DNA of 64,000 bases from the NCBI GenBank assembly GCA_036172245.1, contig JAYWIR010000060.1, positions 248,001 to 312,000 on the forward strand, written 5' to 3'. How positions within the stretch are numbered: position 1 is the first letter of the stretch; every line of letters starts with the position of its first letter. Below are positions 11,195 through 24,699 of this stretch, in pieces. The stretch comes from Raillietiella orientalis. Taxonomy: Eukaryota. The notes beneath the pieces were generated by a model, which saw only the letters and a list, made by a program, of their open reading frames with translations, was not told the origin of the DNA and did not search any database. A program made the position numbers and the translations under genes.

Positions 11195-14100
11195 TCAATC
11201 CCTCAGCGTCTTGAGCATGACGTTCATGATGTCCTTAAACTGCTGCTTCATATACAGAATGATTCTCGGCCTTATCTCCTTCACCAAATCCCTCCAGTTG
11301 TCGTTGATGTAGCGTTCCATGAGCTGACCTTGGGGAAGACGCGGGGAGTGGGATGCACCTCGCGTTCGGACCTCCCCTTGGCTTACCGAAGAGTGGGTCA
11401 TGGATGCCCTCCTTCCTCAGCATGTTGATTTCGGCGTCCTGGATGTCGATGCTCACCTCCATGCTCTCCATCTGGATGACTTCCTGGTCTCCCGAGGAGA
11501 GCTTCGCGACGCCGTACGAGGAGACGCTATCTAAAAGGCGACATCCGGGAGCGCGCAGCACGATCAGGGGTCGGGACTTGCGAGCGAGCTCGAATGGGAG
11601 CTTAGACAGGGAAGCTGCGATTTGGAAACCTGGCAGGTATGCCCGCGAGTATTCCTCCTCGTCCACGTGGACGCCCGTCCCGCGGACAATGCGCGTCCCG
11701 TAGGCACCGGGAGAGGCGGCGCTCGCCCCGAACGATGAGCTTCCCGTTTCGTTTCTTTTTTCCCCGCCAGCGGACAGCACCTTCCGACGGCCTCCGGCCG
11801 TCCGAGCCGACTTTGTTGACCGACTCGTCCATGGGAGGGGTTCGTGGACCTCCACGTAGACTCCGAGAAAAGCAAACAGCGCTCATCCCTCTCGGGAATG
11901 CCCCCAGCTCGGCGGGTGGTTCGAACCCAGGCGCGGCGTCCAGTCCAGGAGCGCTGTCCACGTCCACGTCTCGCGCAGGCCCTGCCCGGGACGATTTTTC
12001 CCGTGGCACTGCATCGGGCGCAAGGGGGCCACTGTTTGGTTTCGTGTGCGCGAGGTCGCTCACGCCGGAGTCGGCGGCTTTCCTTATCGGTGGCCGCCTC
12101 CTGGCCCGTGCGTTCGGCGCAAAGCCCAGTCCTGGTAGGTTCCTCCGGTGATCTGGGGACCGGCTGAGCCGTTCCCAGAGGCTGTTCGCGTGGAGAATGC
12201 GCTCCCATAGCGACTTCTCTCTTCTTTGCCGGAAGCTCGGCGACCTGACGCTGCGTTGCAAACTCATGGAGTGTCCCTGTCCACGTGCTACTCTCCAGAG
12301 GACGCGGTGCGCCGCCGCCAACCGCGGTGGCTCGACCTTGAAGCGTGGAAACGAGGACAAGCCGCTCAAGATGCACAACGCGCAGTGCAGGGTCACCACC
12401 AAAGAGGCACACCTGTCGGCTGCGTCCTCTGCTCGCCGGGAAAAAAAAGGGAGGTGCGCTTTTGTTGGGGAGGAGGGGGGAGGGTTACGGCATTCGGTTC
12501 GTTGCCCGAGAGACGGGCGGGAGAAGCAAATCCAGGTGTTCCCAAAGGGCGAAACACGTGAGCTGGAAAAACGGCACCTGGGTAATTGGGAGGCAGCCCT
12601 TGGCAGCCTCCCAACTACCCAGGAGCACGTTGTGGGTTCCCGTGGGCCCTGCCCGGATCCCGCGTCTGCCAAGCGCGTCCCCCGTGCGAGTTCGGCATGG
12701 TATCCCTGCTTCTCGCCATGATTGCGTAGGCTCGGGGCTCCCGCGCGCGCTGCCGACTCGGAAGCGAACAGCGTGGTCTCTCGGAACGCAGGTCTCGAAT
12801 TCCGCCGCGGGAGGGGCGTTCGTTCCGGGATGGGGGGAGGAACCCACCAAGCAGTGGGGCGGTGCTGGGGGGGGGGGAGAATCCTGGTCCTGGAAGCGGA
12901 TACCCTCGGGAAAATGGGGGTCCTTACAGAACTTCCCGTCCAGCAAGCCGTTCCCCGACAGGCGCAGACCCAGGAAGCGGGCCTCGACCACGTAGCTGCC
13001 CAAGAGGCTCAGGACGGGAACCCGGAATTCGAAGTGGAGGGTGTCCTCTTCTGGGCCGTACCTGGGAGGGAGAAGGGCGGTGTTGCATCGGGGGAGCGCG
13101 CCCCGGGCGCGGTACTCACGTCATCTGGTGGATGCTCATGCCGGACAGCCCGAGCAACCGCATGTCCATCAGCAGCGAGTGGATGCCCATGTTGTGGCTC
13201 CCATGGACCACCTCCACCACGTCCAGGTAGATCGGGTCGATGCTGCCCACGCCGTACTCGGGGAGACCATTCTTCAGGTGCCCCTTGGAGGTCTCGAACA
13301 CGCTCTGCAGACAAGGCACGACGAGGGCGGGGTCTCCCGGCTTGCACGACTCCTTCGACGGGGCTGCGGGAAGACGGTAGGGCAGGCGGGGGCGTGCGGA
13401 GGAGGGCGCGCCGCTGCTGCTCCTTCCGGGCGGACGAGACCCTCGGGACCCGGGGAGGCACGGGAGGAAGGGCGCCATCCCCGACCTCGCCGCGACCCGG
13501 AGGAGGTCACGTAATTGCCTTCCCCCCGACCTCAGCCCTCTCCCCCTTTTCGAGGTCGAGGCGCGCGAGAGGTCAGGCCTTCTGTGTCAAGGTCGGCGGA
13601 CCAGGCCAGATCTCAGCGCGCGCCCCTAGACAGGGGAGAGCCCAGGGCGGGGTACCCTCCAACATCCGGAAATGGACCGACTGGAGGAGGCGAGGCTGGT
13701 ACCCACTCGGGGGACTCCAGGAGTCAAAGCGGGCATGCCCTCGTCTGCCGAAGTCCTCGCCCGGCGAGGAGGATGTCCTTCGGCCCGTCCGGGAATCGCA
13801 GGGGCCATTACTTCCGGCCGAGGCGGCTCCGTTCGGCCTCAGGCGGTCCTCGACCGGGGGGGAGGCGACCTCCCTGCAGATCGGCGGGGGAGACCCCAAC
13901 GGGACGGCGGCCCCGGCCCCTCCGGCTCCTAGACCTCGAACCCCTCCCACTCCTTCCCTCCGGCCCTCGGCAGTGGACCCGATGGGGGCACACTCACACC
14001 CACCTACCCTTCCGGAAGTCTCGGCTTCTGCCTCCCGCGGCCACCGGACTGGCCCTAATCTGCCTCCACCCTAACGACCTGATTGCTCCGGCCTGAGTCC

Positions 14101-15144
14101 TGGGAGCTTCCCGTCGCCACGACGACGGGGCTGGGGAGAAGCGGACGATCTTCCCTGTGGGAGTACGCAGGCTCAGCGGGGGGCGCTCGGGTCGCGCCCG
14201 TTCGGACCGCGTTGATGGGCGACCGCAGGCCACGATAGGTCGAAGACTCGAGGGACCCACCGTGGAGCTCGCAGGAGGGAGATGCCGCCCTCCGGAAGCA
14301 CACCGGAAGGTGGGGCCCGGTGCGTCCTGGAGTGAGGCAGTCCCTGCTGCCCGTCTTCGGCTGCCCTCTTTCCATCCCTTCGACTGGGGACCGCCATCCC
14401 TGCCGCTGGAGAGCGAACGGTTCCACCGCAACCGCGCCTCCTTGTGAGGGACGGCCCCATTCATTGTCCGCTTCATTGTCCTTCCCGGCCTGCTGCCTCC
14501 CGGAAACCCCTTGAGAGGGGTTTCCCGGGGAGACGAAGGGGCCGATTCGTCCCCCATCCGGCCCCGGAGCTCGGAAGGGGGGAGTGCAGAGGCGCTGCGA
14601 AGAGCGCAAAGTCTTCTTCCCAGGCGGCACGCGGTCGCCCGGGCAACTGTCGGCTGGGGCGTACGAGCAAATCGTTTCACCCGCTGCGCGCCGCCCTCCG
14701 CGGGAGGAAGGGTGGCAGAGGGAGCAGCACAGGCGCCCTCGTGGTAGGTGAGGGATCGTCTCCCTTCTCTGGCTCGAAGGGGGCCGGAGGAAGGGCGCTC
14801 CGCTCCCTGGTCTCCAGAAACAACGGCCGAGGAAGTTCCAGGTCCGGCGACGGACCGTGGGTGACTCGGCCCGCCGGGACCCCCGCGGCCCGCTGCCCGG
14901 AGCAGCAGTGGAGAATCGACGGAGGAGTGCGGCGGACGCCCCAGAGGGCGGTCGGCTCGCCACTCCCTCTTCCCTAGCTCTCGGTCGGGCGCACCCGGCT
15001 GCGCCTGAGGGTTCTCCCCTTTTCCCCGGGAGGGCCCGCATCCGGCCCGCGGCGGCGGCGGTACTCACCCGTACGTGGCGCCGGGGAGTCGGCGAGGAGG
15101 CAGCAGACGTGAGCTAGGCCGACCAGGGCGCTGAGCAGCAGCAT
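11195..15144 (-). CDS. Takeout/juvenile hormone-binding protein (JHBP) family secreted protein, paralogue 1, 243 aa, 5 exons
   Basis: Exons 15144-15069, 13363-13120, 13061-12928, 11530-11387 and 11328-11195 total 732 nt, are all GT-AG, and have intron phases 1,2,1,1. Signal peptide MLLLSALVGLAHVCCLLA; N-terminal Cys pair in SCKPGDPALVVPCL; GLPEYGVGSIDP; LSLLGSYVVEARFLGLRLSGNG; C-terminal helix YINDNWRDLVKEIRP. These match the takeout/JHBP pattern by recognition. Confidence 0.88.
12350..12640 (+). mobile_element. Possible old LINE RT fragment in intron 3 of takeout-like paralogue 1
   Basis: IQVFPKGETRELEKRHLGNWEAALGSLP resembles the I.LIPK.G...NWRPISL motif. Only this one motif is convincing. 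Confidence 0.3.
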
Positions 15145-17259
15145 GACGACTGCCTGAGGGGCCCGAGGAGTCCTCCGGAGACGCGGGCCGCCTGAGCTTA
15201 AGTATGGCGCCGAGGAGCGGTGGTGTCGCCGCTGGTGGGCGGCGCGGGAACCGAGCGGCCACTGCGAAGGCCGTTGCGTCACGCCGCGCGCTCGCATTGT
15301 TGGCGCGGGGGGGGAGACTGGGGAAGATACGCTCGCTCGCAGATGCGTGCGTGCGCGCGCGTGAGGTGGACCGGAGTGAGCCCGGGGATGGGCGCAAGGG
15401 GGGCGGAGTGAATCCCTCCGAGCGCCCCCACCCCTTTTCTTTCCTTCCTCTGCAGATACCCCGGAATCGCCTACAGAGGTCCCTGAGAACCTACCTGCCC
15501 CCCGGGCACATCTTGCGCTCATTTTCAGGGAGTTGCGAGTGGGAAGATGTCCGGGGGGTCGGAATTCCCTCCCCTCGCTGCTGTCTTCCCTCGGAAGGCG
15601 GAAGGAGGCAGAAATTCTCCCCACAGCCGCCGCAGGGCCCCGAGGTGCCCTCTGGGGAGTGAAAATGGCCGATGAAAGCGAAACCGCGACAGAGGTCGGC
15701 CTTTCCAGATCACGATGTGCTACGCCGCGGCGGCTGACACAGAAACGCCGGCCCTCAGGGGGCGACCCCCGCCTCCGGAATGCCACCGGGGGACTTCCGG
15801 GACGCAGGTCCTCAGCGCGGGGGGGGGGATCCCATCTCCTCCCTCGAGTCACTGGGGCATACCGCCGCCTGAATCCGGGACGCCGGCGAACCCCCTTGGT
15901 GGGGTGGGGTCGCGGATGATCCTCTCCGGGAGTTTCCGCCTCGCGCCCTCTCTGGTCGCCTGCGAGCGAGTGCCCCCCTCCTTACGCTCAGGAGGCCGAA
16001 CTCCAAGGGGATCTCCCGACGGGGGGGCGAACCAACGACGGATCGCCGCGGCCAGCGTCTGCAGACCGCCCGGGGAGTAGCCGCGCTCGTCGGCAGATTC
16101 GCCGGTCCGCAGCCCAAGGCCGCCGGGGAGGGTGGGCGCCTGGAGTTTATTCCCAGCACGAGTTCGAGGGTCGAGACCTACCGAGGGAGGACGCACCGAA
16201 GTCAAGAGCCCTGGAAGGCCTCTGTCCACGGAGGCGATCGACGGCTTGGCGGGAGTCGCGTAGGGAGCGCGCCGTGACTGGGCGTTATCAGGAGCGGTCA
16301 GTCCATCAGGGGGGCGCTCGTGAATTTGACCGGACGCGCCTCACCCGTGCCACGGTCGAGAGCAGGTCGAAGTCAACTTCGTCTCCTAGGCCTCTAGCTG
16401 TCCGCTTGCTGGTTGACCATGGTCAAAGGGCAGGAGTAGCAGGTGGCTCTTCGAGCGACTCGCCGATTCGACCTCTTCCCCGCGGGCAGTTCTTCATGCC
16501 GGGCGCTGCAAGCGGGGAACAATCACGGCGGCCGTCCTTTCCTGTCGCAGGCGTTTCTTTTGAGTACGGCTGGGTGTCCCGGGCGAGCCGCCCGCTCCGG
16601 TTCGTCGCCAAACGAGGCCCAAAGACGGGAATCGCCACTCCCCGTCTTCCAGGCGGTGGCGCGAGCGCCCTCTGCGGTGTTCACCCCGGAATCACCGCGA
16701 CAATGGCAGCCCTGGGTGCAAGCGGACGCTCCCGGCCAGACTGCCCATCCGGACCTCGGGCGGGCGCGCTGGAAACCGCGTGGATACGGAAAGGTGAACG
16801 CTGGCCGCTTCGCATTCGACCGGCGGCGCGTCTCCTGCCGTTCTACCTCGCCTAGTCAGGGTCACTCTCCCCCCAGGCTGGCTGCAAGGGTCGTGTATTC
16901 CAGGACACCCATCCGTGCCCCCCGGTGCGAGCGAAGGCCGTGGAGTTCCTTGCGGTCTTTCAGGCGCCGCTGCTCGGACCCGCGTGCGTGCATCCCGGCA
17001 AGAGGGCATTGGAAGGCTCCGGCGGGAGCGATGGAGACTCCCGCGGGTGCGAACGGGGGTCCGCGCTCCGCGGCACCTTGGGAATTTTCCGAGGTCCCGC
17101 TCATGCCCGAGATGCAAAGCACCGACTCCCAGAGGCGCCTCGCCCAAAGTCCGAAGGGAAGCGCGACTTGAGCAGAGTTGTCAAGACACCGCGGAGACGG
17201 TCTGGTCGGCTCCACTTGCACTCGCTAAGGGGCTCGCCCTGCAGGAGAGGAGGGCGACT

Positions 17260-19064
17260 CGGGTGGACATGCCTCGTAGGCTTCCACAGTGGTGGCGCCC
17301 ACGAAGAGCGGTGGTGGTTTGCTGCCTTCGGCCCTTTCCAACGAACCAATCAGAAGGCGCATGCCTCTTTCGTCATCGCAGCAACTTCCCCTCCAGCACG
17401 TTCTCCGAGGTGTTGCTGGTGGTGGTGTTGGTAGAGCAGCTCTCCTTGCTCCATCCGCTTGCTGTGCCACGAATTCAGGAGTGCCTCTCCCCTCCCCTTG
17501 AGAGATGGGTGCACCGAGAGCCCAGTCGTGCTTAGCTATGCGCGGGAACGTCCTGCGGGCCGACGCGCCAGCAGGTGAGAGCGATGGGAAGGGAGGGGGG
17601 GGGACTTGCAGCCCACAGCTGACGCGACGCGCCCAGGACATCCACCGCAGTCACGGTGGCACTTTAGCCGGACCACCCGTGATAGTCGAAAGAGAAGAAG
17701 CAGACAGCCGTGACGGAATGCGATCCCAGTCGCCTGGTGCACACCAGGTGCACCAGAGCCGGGAAGGTTCCCCCCCGCACGGGAACTCGCGGGTTTTACC
17801 CACTCGGCTTTGTCCCTCCTTGGGACGCGGCACCACCGTCGCTACTTCCGGCAGAGGGAGGTGGCGCTGCCTGTGGGGAACGTGCGCACCGTCTCTTCGG
17901 AAGTCTCCGACGAGGTCCCAACCCTCCGCGTAAGGATGGTTGTCGCACCCCCTGGGGCTACTCTTCGACCCCTTCCTGCATTCCATCGGGCTCGCCGCGT
18001 GAGTGGAGGCCGCAGCCGGTCAAGAGAGCTGGGAACACGAATAGGGAACAGGGAAAGAAGTGGTGGGACACTTCGTTGGATGCGCAGGAAAGGAGAGACC
18101 GTGCAAGGAGCGCATCTACCTTGCCAACCACGTGGAGAGGAAAGCTGCAAGTAGGTGAGGGGCTCGGATAGGCCATGGGTTCGTATGTCTTCGGAGCGCC
18201 CGTGTCGATGAGGTAAGCTGTGAGCTTCAAGGGTCGGGGTCTCAGCAGCAAAATGAGGTCCACTGCCAGGTGACCGCGATCACCGGGTGCCGCAGACGTG
18301 CCCGTGAAGGTGCGACCGCTTTTACTTTCACGGTCACCATTACTGCCCGAGGGAACGACTGACCGCCCACCGCATGAGCTTCCGTGGAATTCCCCTTTCG
18401 TGGGAGCAAAGCCCGGACCGGGACGCACGGATTCCAAGGAAGACGACGGGATCCTTTCGTTGTCGAGCTGGAAAACCCAGCTCACGGCAGCGGTGGGAGG
18501 AGGTTCTGGAGAGCAGGGAGAGAACCAGAGAGGACTGGCGGCGGACTCGAAGAGTGGTTGCCTGGGAGAAGCAGAGCTGACGTACCTCCTCCCGGGAAGG
18601 TTTGGCGGAAACAGGAGAGGCGACTGACCGCCTTCTCCGCACCACCCCTTCCGAGAGTCTTTCGTGAGCCTCCAGGGCTCAAGTTGCGCTGCTTCGGAGG
18701 CTGCCAAATACCCGCGGTGTCTTTGGGCCTCTCTGCCCGGGGGTGGAGCCTTTTGGGCAGGGCCTCTGTTTCCTCCGTCCTTCCAAGGTACCGCTACCTC
18801 CTGCTCTGGAAGCAGGGACTGCCCCTTCGGGAAGAACCAGGGGTGACCGTGCTGGCGGCAGCGGCGCCGAAGACACTGCCCACGAGGAAAGGGGCAAGTC
18901 GTCGTCGACTTCGATTCCACGAGGCGCCGCAAGAACGAAAGCCTCGCCTTCTCTAAGAGCGATCCCACCCCTCCTACCACTGCCAAGGAGGAACTGATGG
19001 ACCTGTTTGAGCTCTGCCGTTCGGTCCACCTGTTGACAAGACGAGGATGCCTCACGTACCCCAA
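17260..19064 (-). mobile_element. Possible decayed Gypsy-type LTR retrotransposon remnant
   Basis: The long minus frame has a knuckle-like WCGEGGQSPLLFP followed by the aspartic-protease motif LTAYLIDTGA (about 18196-18225). Further downstream lies LVRWKG...SSWAP (about 17290-17350). No RT core or LTR pair was recognised. Confidence 0.35.
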
Positions 19065-19499
19065 GAATGGGACCCTCGTCGGAAACCTTCCCGAGCCACC
19101 GGATCTCCCATGGGGGACGGTAGGGTCTCGTGGAGGTCTGCCTCACCCCTTCACGCAAATTCAGGTTCACTGGATATCGGAGGCCGCCTGGAGGATGGCT
19201 ATAATAGGAGCAGAATGCGTGCTGCGCAGCCAACTACCCCATTAGCTTGAAAGCATGAAGAATGGGGCGGATGCCAGAGGCGGACGGCCCGTTCACAAAC
19301 TTGAGGTGGGGGTGCCGTGATCATGCCACGCTTGGCTGGCGGTTTCCAGGGCTTCGGGAAAAGACCGACCACGTGCGCGCGCGAAACACGGCGGTAGAGC
19401 TCCCCCATAGCGGCGGTGTCCGGCGTGGGAAACAACGGGAGCCTGGAATGGGTTGGGAGATTCACCGTAAACACTGAAAGCCTTCTTCCGTTGCTCAGC

Positions 19500-20400
19500 T
19501 GCAAGACTGGGTTCGCTCAGGGACAAGGAAAGACTGCGACGGTGGCTGCATTAGCGGCAGCATGAAGAGATACGAGAGAGATGTCCAAAAATGGGAAGGA
19601 GCGGTGGGCGCCGTGCGAAGACAAACTGTTCCTTGATGTTCCAAGCACTGGCCCCGCATTCTTCTTGCTTTTCATCATTCTCCCTCCCCTCCTCCATCTT
19701 GCTTCTCCCTTTCTTTCCCAAGGACACTCTTCTCGAGATTTGGCGACGCGCATACTGGAGCGCGTACGTGAGCTATGTGACTCTCTCGCGCAGCCGGCCT
19801 GGGCAGATGGAAACTTCGTCTGGCACGGTCCTCAGGGAGGACCGGAGGTAGTTCAGCAATTGGGTATCGTGTGGATCCTCGATAAGCAACAACGGAATCC
19901 CCTCAGCTTTTGTGTGGACGTTCTCCATGTGCAGATGGGGAGGAGAGGTGCTGTCTCGGCCTAAGCAGAAATGCAGCAAAAGTTTCTGGAATCTTATAGC
20001 AGGCAACCCCACGTAGTCGATGACTTTGGGACCTCAGCCATCCTGTGCCCGACACAGGCACCTCTCAGAAGAGGTGATCGCTCTTGCTGCGGCGGTAGCA
20101 GAGGAACGGCGCCTGAGTGCTCAGCGGACCAGGAAGAACCTCGTGAGGCAACAGTCTCCAGAGGTGCACAGATGCCTCCAGAGGCTTCCGACGGACGGCT
20201 TGGGAATTTTTCTTTTCGTGGATGGCTTGAGGTGCGCACCGAAGGCCGCATGAATGGGAACCTCGCCGCTCTTGGACTGGTTCCTCCGACCTGAGCAGAG
20301 AGCAGAAGCGTCCAGCCTGCGCAGCCGTGGTGAGGGCAGCGTTTGAAGCGAAAACAGGTCTTCTGCCATCCATCGTACTACCCGCTTGAGGAAGCGGAGG
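19500..20400 (-). mobile_element. Possible LINE endonuclease/linker remnant
   Basis: SLWRHL, LTRFFLV and KSDH (about 20075) occur in the order expected for the D.WR / RID / SDH motifs of an APE endonuclease. Heavily decayed. Confidence 0.25.
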
Positions 20401-21599
20401 CCCTCTCTGAGGCTGTCGTTGGGAAACTCATCAGGGTTGGTAAGTGGGGCTACTCGCCGGCCGCGGAAAGGAGGAACCCCGTGTGGGCGCCGTGTTCTCG
20501 GCGTCGTCAGGAGACAGGCTGTAGTCTCAGGAAACGCCTTAGGCGGACACGGTCCACCCGCGTTCTTGGCTCGCGAAGGGTCTGCGGGGCCGGTTGCCGT
20601 GCAAGCCCGTCGAACGCGGGCATTCCAGCCTCTTGGAAATCTCTGGAAAGTTCCTCTCGGGCGCCCACAAACACCTCCGTGCCCTGAGGATCGCTCGCTG
20701 CTGCCCATCCGCAGTCACTTTGCGTGCTCCACCTGCTTGAGTCATCAGCCCGAGGGGCGGAGGAGGCTTGCGGCCCTTCCGTAGCCCAGATCGTCCTCCC
20801 GTCCCTCGGGCAGATTTCACCAGGCCGCGGGCCCACGCGACTGGCTGGTGCGAGCGCGCCTCCGCTGATGGTGGGTTGCCTGGAAGAGCGCTTCTGGGAC
20901 ATGGCACGGGCAAAAGCAGAGCTAGTGGCCTGGCGGGACTCAGGGGCAGCAGCAAGCCTTATCTCCTGGAGTGGCTCGGGAAGTCCCCCAAGTCCCCCCG
21001 TGGCGCCAGCACTCGCTCCAAGAGTCGAGCAGAAGATCCCGTATTGCGCGGTCCAGCGGTTCCTGCCGTGTTCCTTCCCCGAGGGATGCATTCGGATCGG
21101 AGGGCCTTTTTCCAGGAAGAATGAAAGCGGAGGGATGGAGGGGAGGCGTCTGCCACAGTCGCCGGGAGCTACGAGTGGCTCCTGAGCGCGATTCAACGGC
21201 TTCCCGATCGCCGGCCCCACGATTGGCCTCGAGGCCGGCCGAGGGCTCGCTGGCCGTTCTGTAGGGAGGAGGGCCTCGTTTGAGAGAGGCACGGAAGCAG
21301 GGGGTGGGGGCGCCCGGGCGAGGTTTGCACAGGATTCTGCGCCAGAGCTATTTCAGGCGGCTCCAAGACCGTAAGCGCGGCAGGGAGGAGAGGGAGATCT
21401 GCAGTCAGCATCTTCGTGCGCTGTGCCGAGCCGGAGCGCACGCGCGAGGGACGCGTATGCTCGCGCTCAGCCCACCCCCCGGGAGGGTGGGTGCGCACGT
21501 GGTCTCGAGAACCGGGCGTGCGCATCGGGGCAGGAAGGTGGCATCCTCAAGAAAGAGTGCGAGAGTTCCGAGTACACATTCGGTGTACCGATCTGCAAA

Positions 21600-21918
21600 A
21601 ACTCGTACTCATCTACAAACATGCATGCACATGCACATTCATATGCAGCATGTAAACGCATAATGTATATATATACAAACGTATGCGTATTTACATATGC
21701 GTACATTTGCGTATAAATGAATATATGATGTATACTATATACTTATATGCAATATATATGCGTGTATGTATGTATACATGGGCATAGGATCATATATGGT
21801 GCATATATGCATTCCATGTATTCTTATGTGTACAAAAGATGTATGCATATTGTACATGCATATGTAATGTACACATATGCACATATAGGGTATGTATATG
21901 TTTTCATCAAACTTATAC

Positions 21919-22003
<85 letters not shown>

Positions 22004-22220
22004 TATGTCTACATTACGTATCTTTTGTACATATTTACTTTTGTATACAATTTTTTGTACAGATATAAGAGCACGCAAATGTGGTTCTGTGCACTTACAT
22101 GTGTACGCACATGATGTGCATGTGATGTATATGCCCATATACATATATGCACGCATACATAAATACTCTTACACCTTATATACACGTATGTGCGCGCGCA
22201 ATGCACACAGATACGCGTGC
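21600..22220. repeat. Alternating purine-pyrimidine low-complexity block with a perfect (AT)40
   Basis: Degenerate TA/CA/TG dinucleotide sequence; uninterrupted AT repeat at 21921-22000. Confidence 0.95.
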
Positions 22221-23789
22221 ACGGTGTTCTCCCTGAAGTTGTTGCCGCTTGGAGACCTCCGGGAAGAGGAGAGCGGGAAGGGGAGCTCGCGACCGGGACG
22301 GGACCGCAAGTTCCAGGGCAGCCGTCGTCCCTGGAGCCCGACCGACCCTCTTCGCGCTTGACCCGAGTCCTGCCGCGCACGGGATGAGAGCGCGGGTGCG
22401 TGACGTTGCGCTGCAGCACTCGACGCGATCCGCATCCCTGGCAACAGCGCTCCCCCCACGAGGGCGCGCCCCTTGCCTCCGGGACTCAGGTGCTCCGCGT
22501 TTCCCGCAGCTGGGGGAACGGGTCCAGGAGTCCCTGGAACCCTCGGGATGCTTGCAGCCGCTGCGGCGGCGAGTGTAGGGGGAGGGGAGGGGAGGAAGCG
22601 GCAGGCACGGAGTGCCCTGCGACGGTTCCCCCAGAATGCGGTCGTGCCGCCGCCCAGGAGCGAATTCCTTCACCCAGAGTGAAGCCCCGGGCATTCCCTC
22701 CTCCCGGAACCTGCGCGATTCCCGGGGGGATGCAGAGCCACCCTGAAGAGTGCTCTTTCGTCGGTCTGCAAGCGGTGTTTCTTGCTATGGCAATACTCAG
22801 AAACACTGACAAACGCTGACTTTACTTTTTGTCTTCCTCCGTTCAAGATGCGCCGCAACGGGGGAGGGGGGGGCTCGGATGGGATGGGGGGAACCATGAG
22901 GTTCATCGCGCAGCCCCACGCGAAATTGGCGCCAAGTATTTCCTGGCCACCGTCGCGATGATTGCCAGCAACTGAACAGTTCGCCCCTTAGAGTGGAGGT
23001 CGCTGACCTCTCTCCCACAGAGGCAGCCTTGAAAGGACTGTCCCCCTGAGAGGTGGAGGAATTCGACAAGGGGGAAGAGAAATCGGGGAGGGAAAAGAAT
23101 CTCGAAACGCGCAAGGGCGCCCCAAGCCGAAAAGCACTAGGAACAGCTCTAGGAAAGGCTAGGAAGGAAGGGGAAAAAAAGGAACCCTTCTTCTCGATCC
23201 CCCTCACCCTGCTCGTGTCCTTGTCTTCCGCAGCCGAGGCATCTTGTTCGGGACATAAACCTCGGGAAAAACAGGGAACGTCGTCGACGAGCGGACCCGT
23301 CGAAAATACGCGCAAAAAACGTTCGGGAGGGGGGGGGGGTAGGGGAGGGAATGCTCCGGGAGGGAGTTGCGTGCACGCAAAGAGCGTGTGGACGTGGCCT
23401 CGCTCCACGGTACGAAGTCCTCGGACGCCGCCGCTCAGAGGAAGCCGCTCGGTCCGGGAAGCAAATACACGACCGGGGCGAGGACGCCCCCGGCCAAGGG
23501 AAGAAGAGGAGGGCCAAGGGAGCAGCACGAGTGAGGGCGAGGGCAACGTGGGCCACCTCTTGCAGCAGCATCACCACGGAGGGAACGTCGGCTCCAAGCA
23601 CATCCGTTGACGAGGGTCACTCTCCGTTCCTCCCTATCGGGCGCAGTGGCGGTGGGGAGAAAGCAGCAAGTTGCCAAGCAACGAGTTGTTTGACTCCAAC
23701 AACGGCGTGCCAACAATGCCCTGTGCGCGGAATCAGAGATGCGCGGTGCTCGAGCACGCGCCTTGTAACCAATGAGCAGCAAACGTGCC

Positions 23790-24370
23790 TGCATACTGTG
23801 TACAATTTATGTTCATACATAATATACATTGTGTATACGCATATGTGTGCCTATAATGGTAAACAGGATGTGCATGTGTAGATACATATGTACATGTAAG
23901 CCTATACATGTGTATCTGCATATATGTATGTATGCATGCATTTACGTACGTATATGCGTATAATCAAATGAGTGTATGAATATGTATGTACATATTCATA
24001 CGTGTACGACATGCCGTGACTATCGTATCGATGTATATTTTCATAGCTGCTTGTGCATGCATTTATGCATATGAAAATGTGTGTATATAGTGTATGCTGG
24101 CCATGTGTACGTGATACGTTGCATATATAGATAGTGCATATGTGTGTGTGTGTGTGTGTGTAATGTATATTCATGTAGGTAGTATGTACTTGGGTGAATG
24201 CAGTACACGTGCATAAGTGCATGTATATACTACATACATGTTCTCACATACATATGTGTGTAGTTATGTATACATCGGCACACATGTGCCGATGTATACA
24301 TAACATGTGTACCGCATACGTGTAGGCAATATAAATACATTACTTCGTGCACGCAAGGCATGTGTGCAGA
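23790..24370. repeat. Alternating purine-pyrimidine low-complexity block
   Basis: TA/TG/CA-rich degenerate microsatellite including about (TG)10 at 24140-24160. Confidence 0.9.
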
Positions 24371-24699
24371 TGGGGGTCTGAAGTTTGCATGTGGCTGCAA
24401 ATGATCAGTGGGGGGGGGGTCGTTCTGGTTGTACAAGGTCATCCGAGGAGGCAGCCCAACTCTGCAGCGCTCAGCACGTGCTCAGCCCGCGTACGTGCTG
24501 CGCCAACATTCCATTGAGCCAATTAGGAGCGCACGATCGCGGAAGGAATGGGTTCCTGGCGCGTGGCGCAGCAGGTGAAACCGAAGTGATGCACCCAGGA
24601 GAGCAGCACTGTTTTGCAGAGAAAGGAAGGGGGAGAGAGCCTCCCTCCCTTCCCCTCCCAACCGCGCAGGCGACCCACGTGTCCGCACCCCCGAGGGAC

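Noticed and set aside
12722..14074. Long ORFs in the track (this 450-aa frame, also 26144-27592, 38762-40357, 54979-56304, 56852-58234)
   Set aside because: They are Arg/Pro/Gly/Ala-rich, overlap on both strands and show no domain motifs, as expected in high-GC DNA. This one is antisense to real exons.
21735..22361. ORFs with (IY)n runs
   Set aside because: They are translations of the (AT)n microsatellite.
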